Shown: positions 27,374 through 38,634, counted from the first letter of the stretch. The stretch: 64,000 nt of DNA from an uncultured Chloroflexia bacterium (GCA_963820735.1 CAWGBA010000005.1:8560-72559); one strand, 5' to 3'. Notes: generated by a model not told the origin, from the letters alone. Program-made: numbers and translations.

Positions 27374-28278
27374 ATGAGTGCCAGCGCCCCGGCCGCCTCG
27401 ATGATGGAGCGCGTCACGCCCAACGTCTTCACGACCACCAAGCTGCGTGGCTGCAACCCCAGCTTCGTCGTCACGTCGGACGGTGTCGTCGTCATCGACA
27501 CACCCCAGCTGCCGACCAAGGCTGTGGCGATGCGCACGGAAGCGGAGTCGCACGGGCCGATCCGCTATCTCATCAACACCGAGAACCACGTCGACCACAT
27601 CTTCGGCAACCACTGGTTCCGTGGCGCAGGCGAGGTGGTCAACCACCAGGCGCTGTACGACATCTTCATGGACCCCAACGCGGCGCTCGACCCGTTCGCC
27701 TACGCGCTCGAGGCGATCCCGACCGACGACCCCGACGGCGCGGCCTCCTGCCCGACCGCGACGACTACTACGCCGATCTGCCGCGCGGCACCGTCGTGTT
27801 TACCGGCGACCTGACGCTCAAGGTTGGCGACCACACGTTCCACTGCCTCTGGACGCCCGGCCACACGCCCGGCCAGCTGGCGGTCCACGTGCCCGAGGAG
27901 CGCGCGGTCTTCACCGGGGACACGATCTTCTCGGGCTGCCAGACCTGGCTGATGACCTCGAACGTGGACCAGTGGCTCGAGGCTCTGGAGCGGATCCGCG
28001 CACTCGACGTTGATTTCGTCATGCCCGGCCACGGGCCGGTGGTGGATCTCAAGTACGTCGAGACGCAGCGCGCCGTGCTGATGACCTGGAAGGCCACGGT
28101 CGCCGATGCGGTGGCCAAGGGCTGGTCACGCGAGGAGACGATTGCCCGCGTCCGCTTCGACAACAAGTTCGGGCCCGTGGACGTGGGGCAGGCCTACATG
28201 ATGGATCACATCCAGAACAACAACGCCGGGTCCCTCTGGGACAAGCTCACGGCGACTGGATACTCCAAGGGGCGATAG
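27374..28278 (+). CDS. MBL-fold metallo-hydrolase, one frameshift near 27735
   Basis: N-terminal fragment 27374-27814 (INTENHVDHIFGN) joins the C-terminal part of ORF 26908-28278 (LWTPGHTPGQLAVHVPE...FVMPGHG). Confidence 0.75.
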
Positions 28279-28307
28279 CACCGCGGGTTCGGAGGGAGTG
28301 CCTGAAC

Positions 28308-29922
28308 GTGGCACAGCAACGGGCAGACGTCTTGATCATCGGAGCTGGCGCCTCGGGTGGCGTGGTGGCGCGTCGCCTAGCCGAGGCCGGCTTCAAGGTT
28401 GTCTGCCTCGAACAGGGTGACTGGCACGACCCATCCGAGTACCGCGGGCCGGAGCTCGACTGGGAGCTGACCATGCGCAAGCAGTGGTCGACGAGTCCAA
28501 ATGTCCGCGGCCTCTCGCAGGACTACCCGATCGACGAATCGGACACCGAGATCTCCCCGCTGATGTATTCGGCGGTCGGCGGCTCGATGCTGATCTTTGC
28601 CGGAGCCTGGCCGCGGATGCTGCCGTCGGACTTCCGCGTTCGGTCCCTGGACGGGGTCGCCGACGACTGGCCGCTCGATTTCTGGGAGCTGCGTCCCGTA
28701 CTACGAGCGAACTGACCGCGAGTTCGGCGTCTCGGGCATGGGCGGCGATCCGGCCTACCCGCCTGGCGGCGAGGATCCGCCGCTCCCGCCACTGCCCATC
28801 GGCCCTGGCGGCACCAAGGTGGCGCGCGCCCACGCGAAGCTGGGCTGGCACTGGTGGCCGGAGTTCAATTCGATCTTGTCGGCGGCCTACGACGGCCGGC
28901 GTCCGTGCGTCCAGCGCGGCACGTGCCAGCAGGGCTGCTCGGAGGGCGCCAAGGCATCGACCGACATCACCCACTGGCCAAAGGCGATCGGCGCGGGCGC
29001 TCGCCTGATCACCGGCGCCCGGGTTCGACGGCTCGAAACCAACGCCAAGGGCCTGGTCACCGGCGCGACGTGGATCGATCGCGAAGGGCTCGAGCACTTC
29101 GAGCCCGCGCAGGTCGTCGTCCTTGCGGCGAATGCGATTGGGACGCCGCGCCTGCTCCTGCTGTCCGGTGATTCCTCGCACCCCGATGGCTTGGCCAACA
29201 GCTCCGGCCTGGTCGGCAAGCGGCTGATGATGCATCCGTTCGCCAACGTCGGCGGTCTCTTCGAGGAGAACCTGGAGAGCTGGCAGGGCCAGTTCGGTTG
29301 CTCGATCGAGAGCTTCGAGTTCTACGAGACCGACGAGAGGCGCGGCTTCGTGCGCGGCGCCAAATGGGGCCTCGCGCCGACGTTCGGGCCGATCAACGCG
29401 GCGCTCCCCAGCCGTGCCGGCACGCAGGTCTGGGGACCGGAGCACCACCTCCACGTCAAGTCGCACCTTGGCCACGGCGCCAACTGGGGCCTCTTCGGCG
29501 AGGACCTGCCCGCGGAGAGCAACCGCGTCGAGCTGTCCGGCACGCTTGCCGATGGATCCGGGATTGCGGCGCCCGAGATCCACTACCGGGTGTCCGACAA
29601 CTCGCGCCGGCTGCTCGACTTCCACATCGAGAAGGCGACCGAGTCGCTGCGCGAGGCCGGAGCCCACACGATCGAAGTCGACCGGCTGATGCGCTACAGC
29701 GGCTGGCACCTGCTGGGGACCGCGCGCATGGGCGATGACCCGAAGACCTCGGTCCTCAACCGCTGGAACCGGACACACGACGTTCCCAACCTGTACGTGG
29801 TGGACGGCAGCTGTTTCGTCACGTCGGGCGGCGTCAACCCGACCTCCACGATCGTGGCGCTGGCGCTGCGCGCGGCCGACCACATGGTCGAAACGCGCTT
29901 CGATCAGCAGGTGCCGCTGTGA
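28308..29922 (+). CDS. GMC-family FAD-dependent oxidoreductase, one frameshift near 28690
   Basis: GTG at 28308 follows GGAGGGAG. The N-terminus reads DVLIIGAGASGGVVARRLAEAG (ORF 28308-28715). The remainder is ORF 28597-29922 (HLLGTARMGDDP...VVDGSCFVTSGGVNPT). Confidence 0.8.
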
Positions 29923-30452
29923 ACGCTGCGGTCGACACGGCCAGCGGCGACGCAACGGAGCACGTGCTCGACGACGCCGAGTGGGCAGCGTTCCAGGGAG
30001 CGGCGGATGCACTCATCCCGGCGGCGCATGGGATGCCGTCCGCCCGAAACGTCGTCACCGGATCGCGGCTTCGCTTCGTGCTCGGCGCGCGACCCGACTT
30101 GCTCGAGCCGTTGAAGGCGGCACTTCGGCCCGGCCTCGGCGATGACCCCACCACCCGCTTTGCGAACCTCGAGCGCGACGACCCGGCTGCGCTCTCCGCG
30201 TTGCAGCTGGTGGTCGTGGGTGGCTACTACACGGATCGCGACGTTCGCGAACGCCTCAGCTATCCCGGTCAGCTCGCCAAGACGATCTCGGTGTGGCGGA
30301 TCCCCGACTATGTCCACGAAGGACTGATCGACGCGGTGCAGAAGCGGGGGCCCGTGTGGCGCGATCCGGCCACGGGCGTGCGCGCAACGGCCGACCAACA
30401 GCAGGCAGACTCGACCCATGAAGGAGGCCGCGATGGTCGCGACAGCGCCTGA
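29919..30452 (+). CDS. gluconate 2-dehydrogenase subunit-3-like small protein (partner of the GMC enzyme)
   Basis: GTGA overlap with the GMC gene. 177 aa containing WAAFQGAADALIPAAHGMPSA and VVVGGYYTD, typical of this small-subunit family. I saw no Tat signal. Confidence 0.55.
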   Translation: MNAAVDTASGDATEHVLDDAEWAAFQGAADALIPAAHGMPSARNVVTGSRLRFVLGARPDLLEPLKAALRPGLGDDPTTRFANLERDDPAALSALQLVVVGGYYTDRDVRERLSYPGQLAKTISVWRIPDYVHEGLIDAVQKRGPVWRDPATGVRATADQQQADSTHEGGRDGRDSA

Positions 30453-31910
30453 GACGACTGCGCAGCAGGGATGGCTCGATCCGTTCCTGGCCTCGTGGAG
30501 CACGGGCAGCGGCCCGAAACGCGACGTCCTTGAGCCGGCGACCGGTCGCTTCCTTCTGACCATCCGGGAGTCGACGCCCGACGACGTCCGACGAGCGGTG
30601 GCCGCTGCCGCGGCAGCCCAGCCGGCCTGGGCCGAAGCGAGCTACCAGGAACGTTCAGCGGTCCTCCGCCGCGCGGCGGAGATCTACGAGTTGCACCGGC
30701 CGGAGTTCGGGTCCTGGACACAGCGCGAGACTGGCGCCCATCGCGGCAAGATGCACCACGAGCAGAACTTCACGGTCAACGAGCTGCTGGCGGCGTCAGC
30801 CATGCCGTGGCAACCGTATGGCTCGCTGGTGCCGACCGCCAACAAGGGCCGCCTCTCCATGGTGCGCCGGGTCCCGGTCGGTGTCGTTGCCGCCATCACC
30901 CCGTGGAACTCGCCCAGCGTGCTGGGTATGCGCGTGGTCGCGCCGGCGCTCGCGCTCGGCAACGCGGTCGTGCTGAAGCCCGATCCACAGACGCCGGTCT
31001 GCGGCGGCGCGGTGTTCGCCTCGATCTTCAAGGAGGCGGGGCTACCCGACGGCTTGCTGCAGATCGTGATCGGGGACGCGGAGGCAGGGCGAGGCGCTGG
31101 TCACGGATCCGAACGTCGCCACGGTCGCGTTCACCGGGTCCGACCGAGGTCGGCCGCCGGGTCGGCGCGCTCGCCGGCGGCCTGCTCAAGAAGGTCGTGC
31201 TCGAGCTCGGCGGCAACAACCCGCTGATCGTGCTCGACGATGCCGATCTGCCCGCCGCCGCCAGCGCCGGCGCCTATGCCAGCTTCCAGTTCCAGGGCCA
31301 GGTCTGCTTCGCGACCGGCCGCCACATCGTCCATCGCGCCGTGGCCGAGGAGTACGTCGATCTGCTCGCCCAGAAGGCGCGGAAGCTGCGCACCGGCGAT
31401 CCGTATCGCGAGGACGTGGAGCTCGGACCAATCGTCAACGAGCGGCAGGTCCGGCACGTGGACGACATCGTCCAGCGCTCTGTGTCATCCGGCAAAGCCA
31501 GGCTGGTCGAGGGCGGCACGTACCAGGGTCTTTTCTACCGACCCACGGTGCTCGCCGACGTGACGCTCGACGCGCCGGCGTGGACCGAGGAGGTCTTCGG
31601 GCCCGTCGCGCCCGTGGTGACGTTCACCAGCGACGACGAAGCGGTCGCCCTTGCCAACTCGAGCGAATACGGGCTCTCCGCGGGCGTCTACTCGCGTTCG
31701 ATCGCGCGCGGCCTGGCAATCGCCAACCGAATCAAGGCCGGCATGGTCCACGTCAACGACCAGACCATCAACGACGAGGCGACCATCCCGTTCGGCGGCA
31801 TGGGCATGTCCGGCAACGGCGGCCGCTTCGGGCCCGAGGCCAACCTCGAGGCATTCACGCAGTTCCAATGGGTGACGGTCCGCGACACGCCACCCTCGTA
31901 TCCCTACTGA
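30433..31910 (+). CDS. NAD(P)-dependent aldehyde dehydrogenase, at least two frameshifts near 31090-31145
   Basis: The ATG at 30433 is preceded by AAGGAGG. Motifs ITPWNSP, ELGGNNP and FQGQVCFA (catalytic Cys). Fragments 30418-31227 and 30807-31910 are joined through a short third-frame stretch (EALVTDPNVATVAFTGS). Confidence 0.85.
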
Positions 31911-31930
31911 GGCAGACCGGGAGCAATCCG

Positions 31931-32902
31931 ATGAAGCTGAACGTCCGCGGGATCGTGCCCGCCTGCATCACCACCTTCGACGCCGACGGGCGTTTCGACG
32001 AAGCTGCGTACCGGCGCTACCTGCAGTGGCTGCTCCCGCAGGGCCCGGTCGCGCTGGCGATCAACGCCGACACCGGCGAGGGGCCGCATCTGTGGCCTGA
32101 CGAGCGGTCGCGAATCCTCCGGGTCGCGGTCGATGAAGCGGGCGACATCCCCGTGATCGCCGGCCTCTCCGCGCAGTTCACCGAGCAGGCGATCGACGAG
32201 GCGAAGCGCGCCGAGGACGCCGGCGCCTCGGGCCTCTTGATGTTTCCCATCCCGGTCTACCAGGGCATCCCACTCGATCCCGCGGTCCCGGTCGCGTACC
32301 ACGAGGCCATCGCCCGGGCGGTGCCCCTCCCAATGGTCGCGTTCCAGCTCCAGCCGGCGCTCGGCGGCGTGATCTTCACCGAGGAGACACTCGGCCGGAT
32401 CGCGGCGATCGATTCGGTCGTGGCGCTGAAGGAGGCGTCCTTCGACGCCCGGCTCTACCTCGCAGACCCGTCGCATGATCGAGAAGCTGCCCCGCAAGAT
32501 CGACCTGCTGACCGGGGACGACAACTTCATCTTCGAGTCGTTCGTGATGGGCGCCGAGGGTGCGCTGATCGGCTTCGGAACGCTGGTCACCGACCTGCAG
32601 GTCGAGATGGTCCGGCTCACGCGTGAGGATCGTTGGAGCGAGGCACGTGCGATCTGGGAGCGAATCCTCCCGATCGAGGAGGCCGTCTACGGCACCCCGT
32701 CCGCGACTACCGCGCGAGAACCAAGGTCGCGTTGCAGCACCTTGGGGTGATCGAAAGCACCGTCATGCGGCCGCCGTTGATGGAAGTCTCCGCCGACGCC
32801 GCGGCGGCAGTTGTCGCGGCGCTCGAGGGTGCCGGGATCACGCGCGAGAACAGTGGGCCGCGCGCCGCGCGGGTGGCCGCGTTGTCCGCTGGGGCCGCTT
32901 GA
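31931..32902 (+). CDS. dihydrodipicolinate-synthase-family (DapA-like) aldolase/dehydratase, two frameshifts
   Basis: MKLNVRGIVPACITTFDADGRFDEAAY...TGEGPHLWPDER...VALKEASFD (in ORF 31580-32626), then 32475-32750, then 32633-32902. Confidence 0.75.
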
Positions 32903-33657
32903 TGGCCGGTGCCCTTTCGGGCAAGACCGTCCTCGTCACGGGCAGCAGCCGGGGGATCGGCGCACAGATCGCGCTTGCGGCGGCAGCCGAAGGCGCGCGA
33001 GTTGGCGTGCACTACCTCCAGACCGAGACAGAGGCGCAACAGGTCCTCGCGTCGATCCGCGAAGGTGGCGGCCAAGCCGAGCTGTTTCGTGCCGACGTCG
33101 CCAATGGTTCGGCAGCGGAGCGCCTGGTGGCGGAAGCCCAGGATCGCCTCGGTCAACTCGACGGCATCGTCAACAACGCCGGCATGACGCAGGTCGGCCC
33201 GTTCCTGGCGCTCGATCCGTGGGTGTGGGATCGCGTCATTGCCACCGACCTCACGGCAGCCTTTCACACCTGTCGTGCGGTGCTGCCGTCCATGGTCGAA
33301 CGCGGGTCCGGATCGATCGTCAACATCGCTTCGCGCCTCGGCCAGATGGGCATCGCCGAGACCGCCGCCTATTCGGCCGCCAAGGCCGGTTTGATCGGAC
33401 TGACCCGGTCGCTCGCGCGCGAGTTCGGCCCGAAGGGCATTCGGATCAATGCCGTCGCACCGGGCGTGGTCGAAACGACGATGACCGCCGATTTGGTCAA
33501 GTCGGAGGAGGGCACGCGGCGCCTGCGCGACATGGCGCTCGGCCGGTTCGCACGCGCCGATGAGGTGGCGGAGGCCGTGATCTTCCTCCTCTCGGATCGG
33601 TCCAGCGCTTTCACGGGGCAGACGCTCAACCCCAACGCGGGCGGGTACATGCCGTGA
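32902..33657 (+). CDS. SDR-family oxidoreductase (FabG-like)
   Basis: ATG overlaps the upstream TGA. Motifs VTGSSRGIG, NNAG, NIASR and YSAAK. Confidence 0.85.
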   Translation: MAGALSGKTVLVTGSSRGIGAQIALAAAAEGARVGVHYLQTETEAQQVLASIREGGGQAELFRADVANGSAAERLVAEAQDRLGQLDGIVNNAGMTQVGPFLALDPWVWDRVIATDLTAAFHTCRAVLPSMVERGSGSIVNIASRLGQMGIAETAAYSAAKAGLIGLTRSLAREFGPKGIRINAVAPGVVETTMTADLVKSEEGTRRLRDMALGRFARADEVAEAVIFLLSDRSSAFTGQTLNPNAGGYMP

Positions 33658-33699
33658 GCACGGTCATCTCGGTCGACGCCCATCCCCGTGTGGCCGCAC

Positions 33700-34038
33700 T
33701 TTTGCCAAATAGCAATGGGGGTGCTGGTAAACAGGCGATCGCCGGTTTCTCCTCGTCAAATAGCAACCGGGGTGCTACCTGGCACGCGAAACAGTCCCAA
33801 TGAGGCCTTTCCGGGGTGGCCTACCCGCATACCAGCACTCGGGCTGGTATTTGCGACAGGTCGACGCGCGGGGACAGAGAGCCGCGCGGCCGCGATCACC
33901 CCGGCCCACGTCGGTCCTGGCGTGCTCGCACGTTTCCCAGATAGCAATGGGTGTGGTGGTAAACAGACTGTCGCCGTTACTCCGCGTCGCATAGCAACCA
34001 GCGTGGTACCTGGTACGCGAAACGACCCGGATGAGGCG
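33700..34038. repeat. two imperfect ~108-nt direct repeats (33700-33807 and 33932-34038), each carrying two ATAGCAA motifs 50-51 nt apart
   Basis: The units are roughly four-fifths identical when aligned by eye, with a 232-nt period. ATAGCAA occurs at 33709, 33760, 33941 and 33991. An inverted near-copy TTGCTAA lies at 34075-34081. Confidence 0.8.
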
Positions 34039-34083
34039 CTTGCGAGGCTGCGCAGCCACATAAGACCACCCGGGTTGCTAAAT

Positions 34084-34194
34084 GGCACAGATCCACGCGC
34101 GGGCACAGATCCACGCGCGGGCACAGATCCACGCGCGGGCACAGATCCACGCGCGGGCACAGATCCACGCACGCGGCACAGATCCACGCGCACG
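34084..34194. repeat. 18-nt tandem repeat ggcacagatccacgcgcg, four perfect copies plus two degenerate copies
   Basis: Copies at 34084, 34102, 34120 and 34138 are identical. Copies at 34156 and 34175 carry 1-2 nt insertions. The array ends 79 nt upstream of the CoA-transferase ATG. Confidence 0.9.
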
Positions 34195-34272
34195 TCGATT
34201 TCGTTGGGATGACCGTTCCGGGCGGCAATCGGACGGCGCAGCCCGCCGTGCACGCGACCCGAGGACGCGCCA

Positions 34273-35836
34273 ATGAGCACGGTCATCACGGTTCGCGAGG
34301 CCGTCGAGAAGGTCCGCGACGACGCGACGATCGTGGTCGGCGGGTCGGGTGCCGGGCACGCCGTGCCGCAGCGCTTCATCGACGAGCTGGCACAGGTCTT
34401 CCAGGAAACTGGCCATCCTCGTGACTTGACCACGGTGCGAATCGTGGGCATCGGCGACTTCGCGGAGCGCGGCTTTTCCCAGCTCGGGCCTGCCAGGCCT
34501 CAGCAGACGAACGATCGGCAGCAACATCGGCAACGAGCCGCGGCTCGGCGCGCTCGTGGAGCAGAACCAGCTCGAGGCCTACTCGTTCCCGCAGGGGGTG
34601 CTCAGCCTGCTGATGCGCGAGATCGCCGCCGGCCGGCCTGGACTGGTGACGCAGGTCGGTCTTGGCACCTACGTGGATCCGCGGCAGACCGGTGGCAAGC
34701 AGAACGCCCGAACGACCGAAGACCTGGTCGAGGTCGTGACCCTCCGCGGCAAGGAGTGGCTGCTCTTCCACGCATTCCCGATCGATGTCGCGGTGATCCG
34801 CGGCACCACGGCGGACGAGGACGGCAACCTGACCATGGAGGGTGAGGCGGTCCAGGGCGAGATGCTCTCGATGGCCATGGCCGCGCGGAACAGCGGCGGC
34901 ATCGTGATCGCACAGGTGCGCCAGCTTGCCCGGCGCGGCAACCTCGCGCCGCGTGACGTCCGGGTGCCGGCCGCGCTCATCGACTACGTCTTCGTCGATC
35001 CCGACCAGTGGCAGACGTACATCACGCAGGATTCGCCCTACTACGCCGGCAAGCTGCGCAAGCCGGTCGTGCCGGAGCCCCCGCTGCCGCTGGACGTGCG
35101 CAAGATCATCGCCCGCCGTTCCCTGCTCGAGTTCCGGCCCGGGAACGTCTGCAACCTCGGGTTCGGCATCAGCCAGCTGATCGGCCGCGTGGCGTGGGAG
35201 GAGGGCATCACCGACCAGCTGGTGCTGACCGTGGAGCAGGGCATCTTCGGCGGCGCGCCGGTGGCGGGCAACGAGGGCGGCGCCGGATTCAACTACCAGG
35301 CCATGATCGACCAGCCCTATATGTTCGACTTCTACGAGGGCGGCGGCCTCGACGTGTCCAGCCTCTCGTTCGCCGAGGTCGACGCCGACGGCAACGTCAA
35401 CGTCCACGCGTTCGAGGGCCGCGTTCGCGGGCCGGGCGGCTTCCCCAACATCAGCGCCTTCACGCCCAAGATCAACTTCGTCGGCACGATGACCGCGCAG
35501 GGGCTGGAGCTCGAGATCGATGGCGGCGTGCGCGTTGCCAGGGAAGGCAGCCTGCGCAAGTTCGTGCCCGGGGTGAAGGAGATCTCCTTCAACGGCAAGC
35601 TGGCCCGCGAGCGCCGGCAGGAGATCCGCTATGTCACCGACCGCGCGGTTTTTGCCCTCGAACCAGACGGCGTCTGCCTGATCGAGGTCGCACCCGGCAT
35701 CGACGTCCGCCGCGACGTGCTCGACCAGATGGGCTTCGCGCCACGGGTCGCCGAGCAGGTTCGGACGATGGATTCACGCATCTACGCCACCGGCCCGATG
35801 GGCCTCTCGGCCGATTTCATGGCACAGCGGACGTGA
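34273..35836 (+). CDS. acyl-CoA:acetate/3-ketoacid CoA-transferase (YdiF-like, fused alpha-beta), one frameshift near 34480-34560
   Basis: ORF 34273-34845 starts MSTVITVREAVEKVRDDATIVVGGSGAGHAVPQ. ORF 34556-35836 continues with EAYSFPQGVLSLLMREIAAGRPGLVTQVGLGTYVDP... Confidence 0.8.
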
Positions 35837-36633
35837 GCGTGGACGCTCCGGTACGGCAGGCGCTGGTCCGGCTCGAGCTCGGCCAGGTCGCGCACCTGGT
35901 GCTCGACAACCCACCACTCAACCTGCTGTCGCAGCCACTGCTGGACCAGCTTGACGCTGCCCTTGCCAAGCTGGAGGAAGCCGAGCCCGGTGATGTTCGC
36001 GCTGTCGTGATCACCGGCTCCGGGGAGCGCAACTTCTCGGCGGGCTCCGACGTGAAGGAGTTCGCCGCGCATCGCGGGGCGAGCGGCCGCGCGCTGTTGG
36101 AGCGCGAGGAAGCCGTCACGAAACGTCTGGCCGACCTGCCCGTGCCGACCATCGCCGCAATCGAGGGCAACGCGCTGGGTGGTGGGCTGGAGCTGGCGCT
36201 CGCCTGCGACCTCCGGATCGCATCCGAGCGAGCAAAGCTCGGGCTGCCCGAAGTGCGGCTCGCCGTCACGCCGGGAGCCGGTGGAACGCAGCGACTGCCA
36301 CGGATCGTCGGCCTTGCCAAGGCCAAGGAGCTGATCCTGACCGGCGCCGTGATCGACGCCGCCGAGGCGGCACGCATCGGCCTCGTCAATCGCGTCGTGC
36401 CGGCGGGCGAGGCACTTGCCGCGGCCGAGGCCATCGCCGCCGAAGTCGCACAACGCGGACCGATCGCCGTGCGCGAAGCCAAGCGCCTGATCGACCGATC
36501 GCTCGAGCTCGACATCGAAGCCGGGCTGGCAGCCGAGCTGGAGGCGTCGGTGCGCGTCTTCGCCACCGACGACCTCATGGAAGGCGCTGCGTCCTTCCTC
36601 GAGAAACGCGAACCACAGTACCGCGGCCACTGA
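35833..36633 (+). CDS. enoyl-CoA hydratase/isomerase (crotonase) family protein
   Basis: GTG overlaps the upstream TGA. Motifs VITGSGERNFSAGSDVKEF, GNALGGGLELALACDLRIA and a LPEVRLAVTPGAGGTQRLPR segment. Confidence 0.85.
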   Translation: MSVDAPVRQALVRLELGQVAHLVLDNPPLNLLSQPLLDQLDAALAKLEEAEPGDVRAVVITGSGERNFSAGSDVKEFAAHRGASGRALLEREEAVTKRLADLPVPTIAAIEGNALGGGLELALACDLRIASERAKLGLPEVRLAVTPGAGGTQRLPRIVGLAKAKELILTGAVIDAAEAARIGLVNRVVPAGEALAAAEAIAAEVAQRGPIAVREAKRLIDRSLELDIEAGLAAELEASVRVFATDDLMEGAASFLEKREPQYRGH

Positions 36634-36658
36634 AGGCCGAAGAGGAGGGGATCAACGC

Positions 36659-37783
36659 GTGAGTGACGTCAGCCGTTTCGGGGTCTTCCTGCCCTCCTAC
36701 ATCTGGGAGGGCGATGGTCCCGAGCGCGCCGGAGGGATCAAGGAGTTCGCGCGCGAGGTGGAGGACCTCGGCTTCGACTCGCTTTTCATCACCGATCACC
36801 TGCTCGCAGCCGAGCGGTTCTACAGCGTCCATTTCCTCGAGCCGCTCTCGGCGCTGGCGGTGGCCGCCGGCGTGACCGAGCACGTCCGCCTGGGCACGTC
36901 GATCCTGATCATGCCGCTGCGCAACCCGGTGATCCTGGCCAAGGAGCTGGCCACGCTCCAGTTCCTGTCCAACAACCGCTTCATCCTCGGCGCCGGCGTG
37001 GGCTGGAACGACATCGAGTACGAGGCGGTCGGCACGCACAAGTCGGAGCGCGGCAAGCGCACCGACGAGATGCTCGACATCCTGTACCCGCTCTTCGACG
37101 GCGAGCGAGTCACCTACCACGGCACGTACTACTCGGTCGACGACGTGTTCATCGAGCCGCGCGCGGCGCGTCCCGAGATCTGGATCGGTGGCGGCTCGCA
37201 GCTGGCCGATCCCAAGTCCCCGGACCTGCCGCGCTTCGTCGAGTCGGTCAAGGCGCGCACGCTGCGCACCGACGGCTGGATCCCGCGTCCGACGTGCCCG
37301 CCGGACGACATCAGGCGCGACTGGAACGAGCTCCAGGACTACTTCCGATCGCATGGCCGCGATCCGCGCGACTGCGTCGTCGCTCACGAGAACTTCCTGC
37401 ACCTGGTGATGACCAACGACCCCGCCAGGGCCCGCGAGGAGCAGCACCGCGCGTTCGCCAAGGTCATGAGCAGCGAGCGCGGCGACGCGTACCTCGAGAC
37501 CGTCTACCTCTTTGGGACACCGGACGAGGTGATCGCCTCGCTGCAGGCGCGCGCCGACGCCGGGGTCGAGTACTTCGTGCTGCACACGATGACGCCGGAC
37601 CCCGCGCAGCTGCGCACCTGGGTCGAGGAGATCATCCCGAACGTGAAGTTCCCGGCAACGGCCGGCGATCCACGACGGAACTCGCCGGCCGGACCGCTTC
37701 GCTCCGGAGAGGCACTTTCGGTCTCACCCTCACCTGCCGCGTCAGCAAGCGCCGGTTCGCGGCCTGCCGCGTCCGCCGCGTGA
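36659..37783 (+). CDS. LLM-class flavin/F420-dependent oxidoreductase
   Basis: GTG follows GAGGAGGGG. Motifs FDSLFITDHL and ILGAGVGWNDIEYEA. The last ~45 codons are Pro/Ala/Ser-rich and may be read-through, but the stop overlaps the next start. Confidence 0.75.
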   Translation: MSDVSRFGVFLPSYIWEGDGPERAGGIKEFAREVEDLGFDSLFITDHLLAAERFYSVHFLEPLSALAVAAGVTEHVRLGTSILIMPLRNPVILAKELATLQFLSNNRFILGAGVGWNDIEYEAVGTHKSERGKRTDEMLDILYPLFDGERVTYHGTYYSVDDVFIEPRAARPEIWIGGGSQLADPKSPDLPRFVESVKARTLRTDGWIPRPTCPPDDIRRDWNELQDYFRSHGRDPRDCVVAHENFLHLVMTNDPARAREEQHRAFAKVMSSERGDAYLETVYLFGTPDEVIASLQARADAGVEYFVLHTMTPDPAQLRTWVEEIIPNVKFPATAGDPRRNSPAGPLRSGEALSVSPSPAASASAGSRPAASAA

Positions 37784-38634
37784 CGGATCGTGTGGCGTTG
37801 CTCGGCAAACCCCTGCGCCGCCGCCACTCCAAGCTGATGCACGACGCGGCATTCCGCGCGGCCGGCATCGACGCGGAGTACGTGCTCGCCGAGCTTGAGC
37901 TCGAAGAAGTCGCGCCCGCCGTCGAGGCTGCGCGTGGTCCCGGCTGGCTTGGTCTCGGTGTCACGGCTCCGTACAAGCAGGTTGTCGCCGAAATGGTCGA
38001 CGAGGTCGAGCCAGAAGCCCGCCAGATCGGCGCGGTGAACAACGTGTACAAGTCCGCCGGCGGGCGGTTGGTCGGCTTCAACAGCGACGCGCCCGGATTC
38101 CGTGCCGGGGTCGAGATCGCACTGGGACGTTCGCTCGAAGGTGTCGACGCCTACGTTGCCGGCGCCGGAGGAGCTGCCCATGCGGTGGTGTTCGCCCTGC
38201 TCTCGGCGGGCGCGCGGAGCGTGACGATCGCGAACCGGACGAGCGATCGAGCGGAGGCGCTGGCCACGCGCTTTGGCGACGTCGGCGAGGGATCGGTCCG
38301 CGTCGCGCACGACGATTCCGAGCGCATTGCGGCACTGGCAGCCGCCGATCTCGCCGTCAATGCCACGACCGTCGGGATGGTCGACCCGGGCGCGACGATC
38401 GATGTCGATCGGCTCCGAGACGACGCGACCGTCTTCGACCTCGTCTACGTCCCGGCCGAGACGCCGCTGCTGGCGGCTGCGCGCGCCAGGGGACTCCGGG
38501 CCGCCAACGGGTCGGAGATGCTGATCGCACAGGCGGCGATCGCGTTCGAGCGTTGGACCGGCGTCGCGGGGATGGCCGGTGTGATGCGCGATGCAGTGGC
38601 TCCGCTCCTCGCCGATTCCACGGTGCGGGCATGA
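37780..38634 (+). CDS. aroE: shikimate/quinate dehydrogenase family protein
   Basis: GTGA overlap upstream. The product carries LGVTAPYKQ, NNVY and GAGGAAHAVVFALLSAG (Rossmann), and ends MLIAQAAIAFERWTG. Confidence 0.8.
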   Translation: MTDRVALLGKPLRRRHSKLMHDAAFRAAGIDAEYVLAELELEEVAPAVEAARGPGWLGLGVTAPYKQVVAEMVDEVEPEARQIGAVNNVYKSAGGRLVGFNSDAPGFRAGVEIALGRSLEGVDAYVAGAGGAAHAVVFALLSAGARSVTIANRTSDRAEALATRFGDVGEGSVRVAHDDSERIAALAAADLAVNATTVGMVDPGATIDVDRLRDDATVFDLVYVPAETPLLAAARARGLRAANGSEMLIAQAAIAFERWTGVAGMAGVMRDAVAPLLADSTVRA

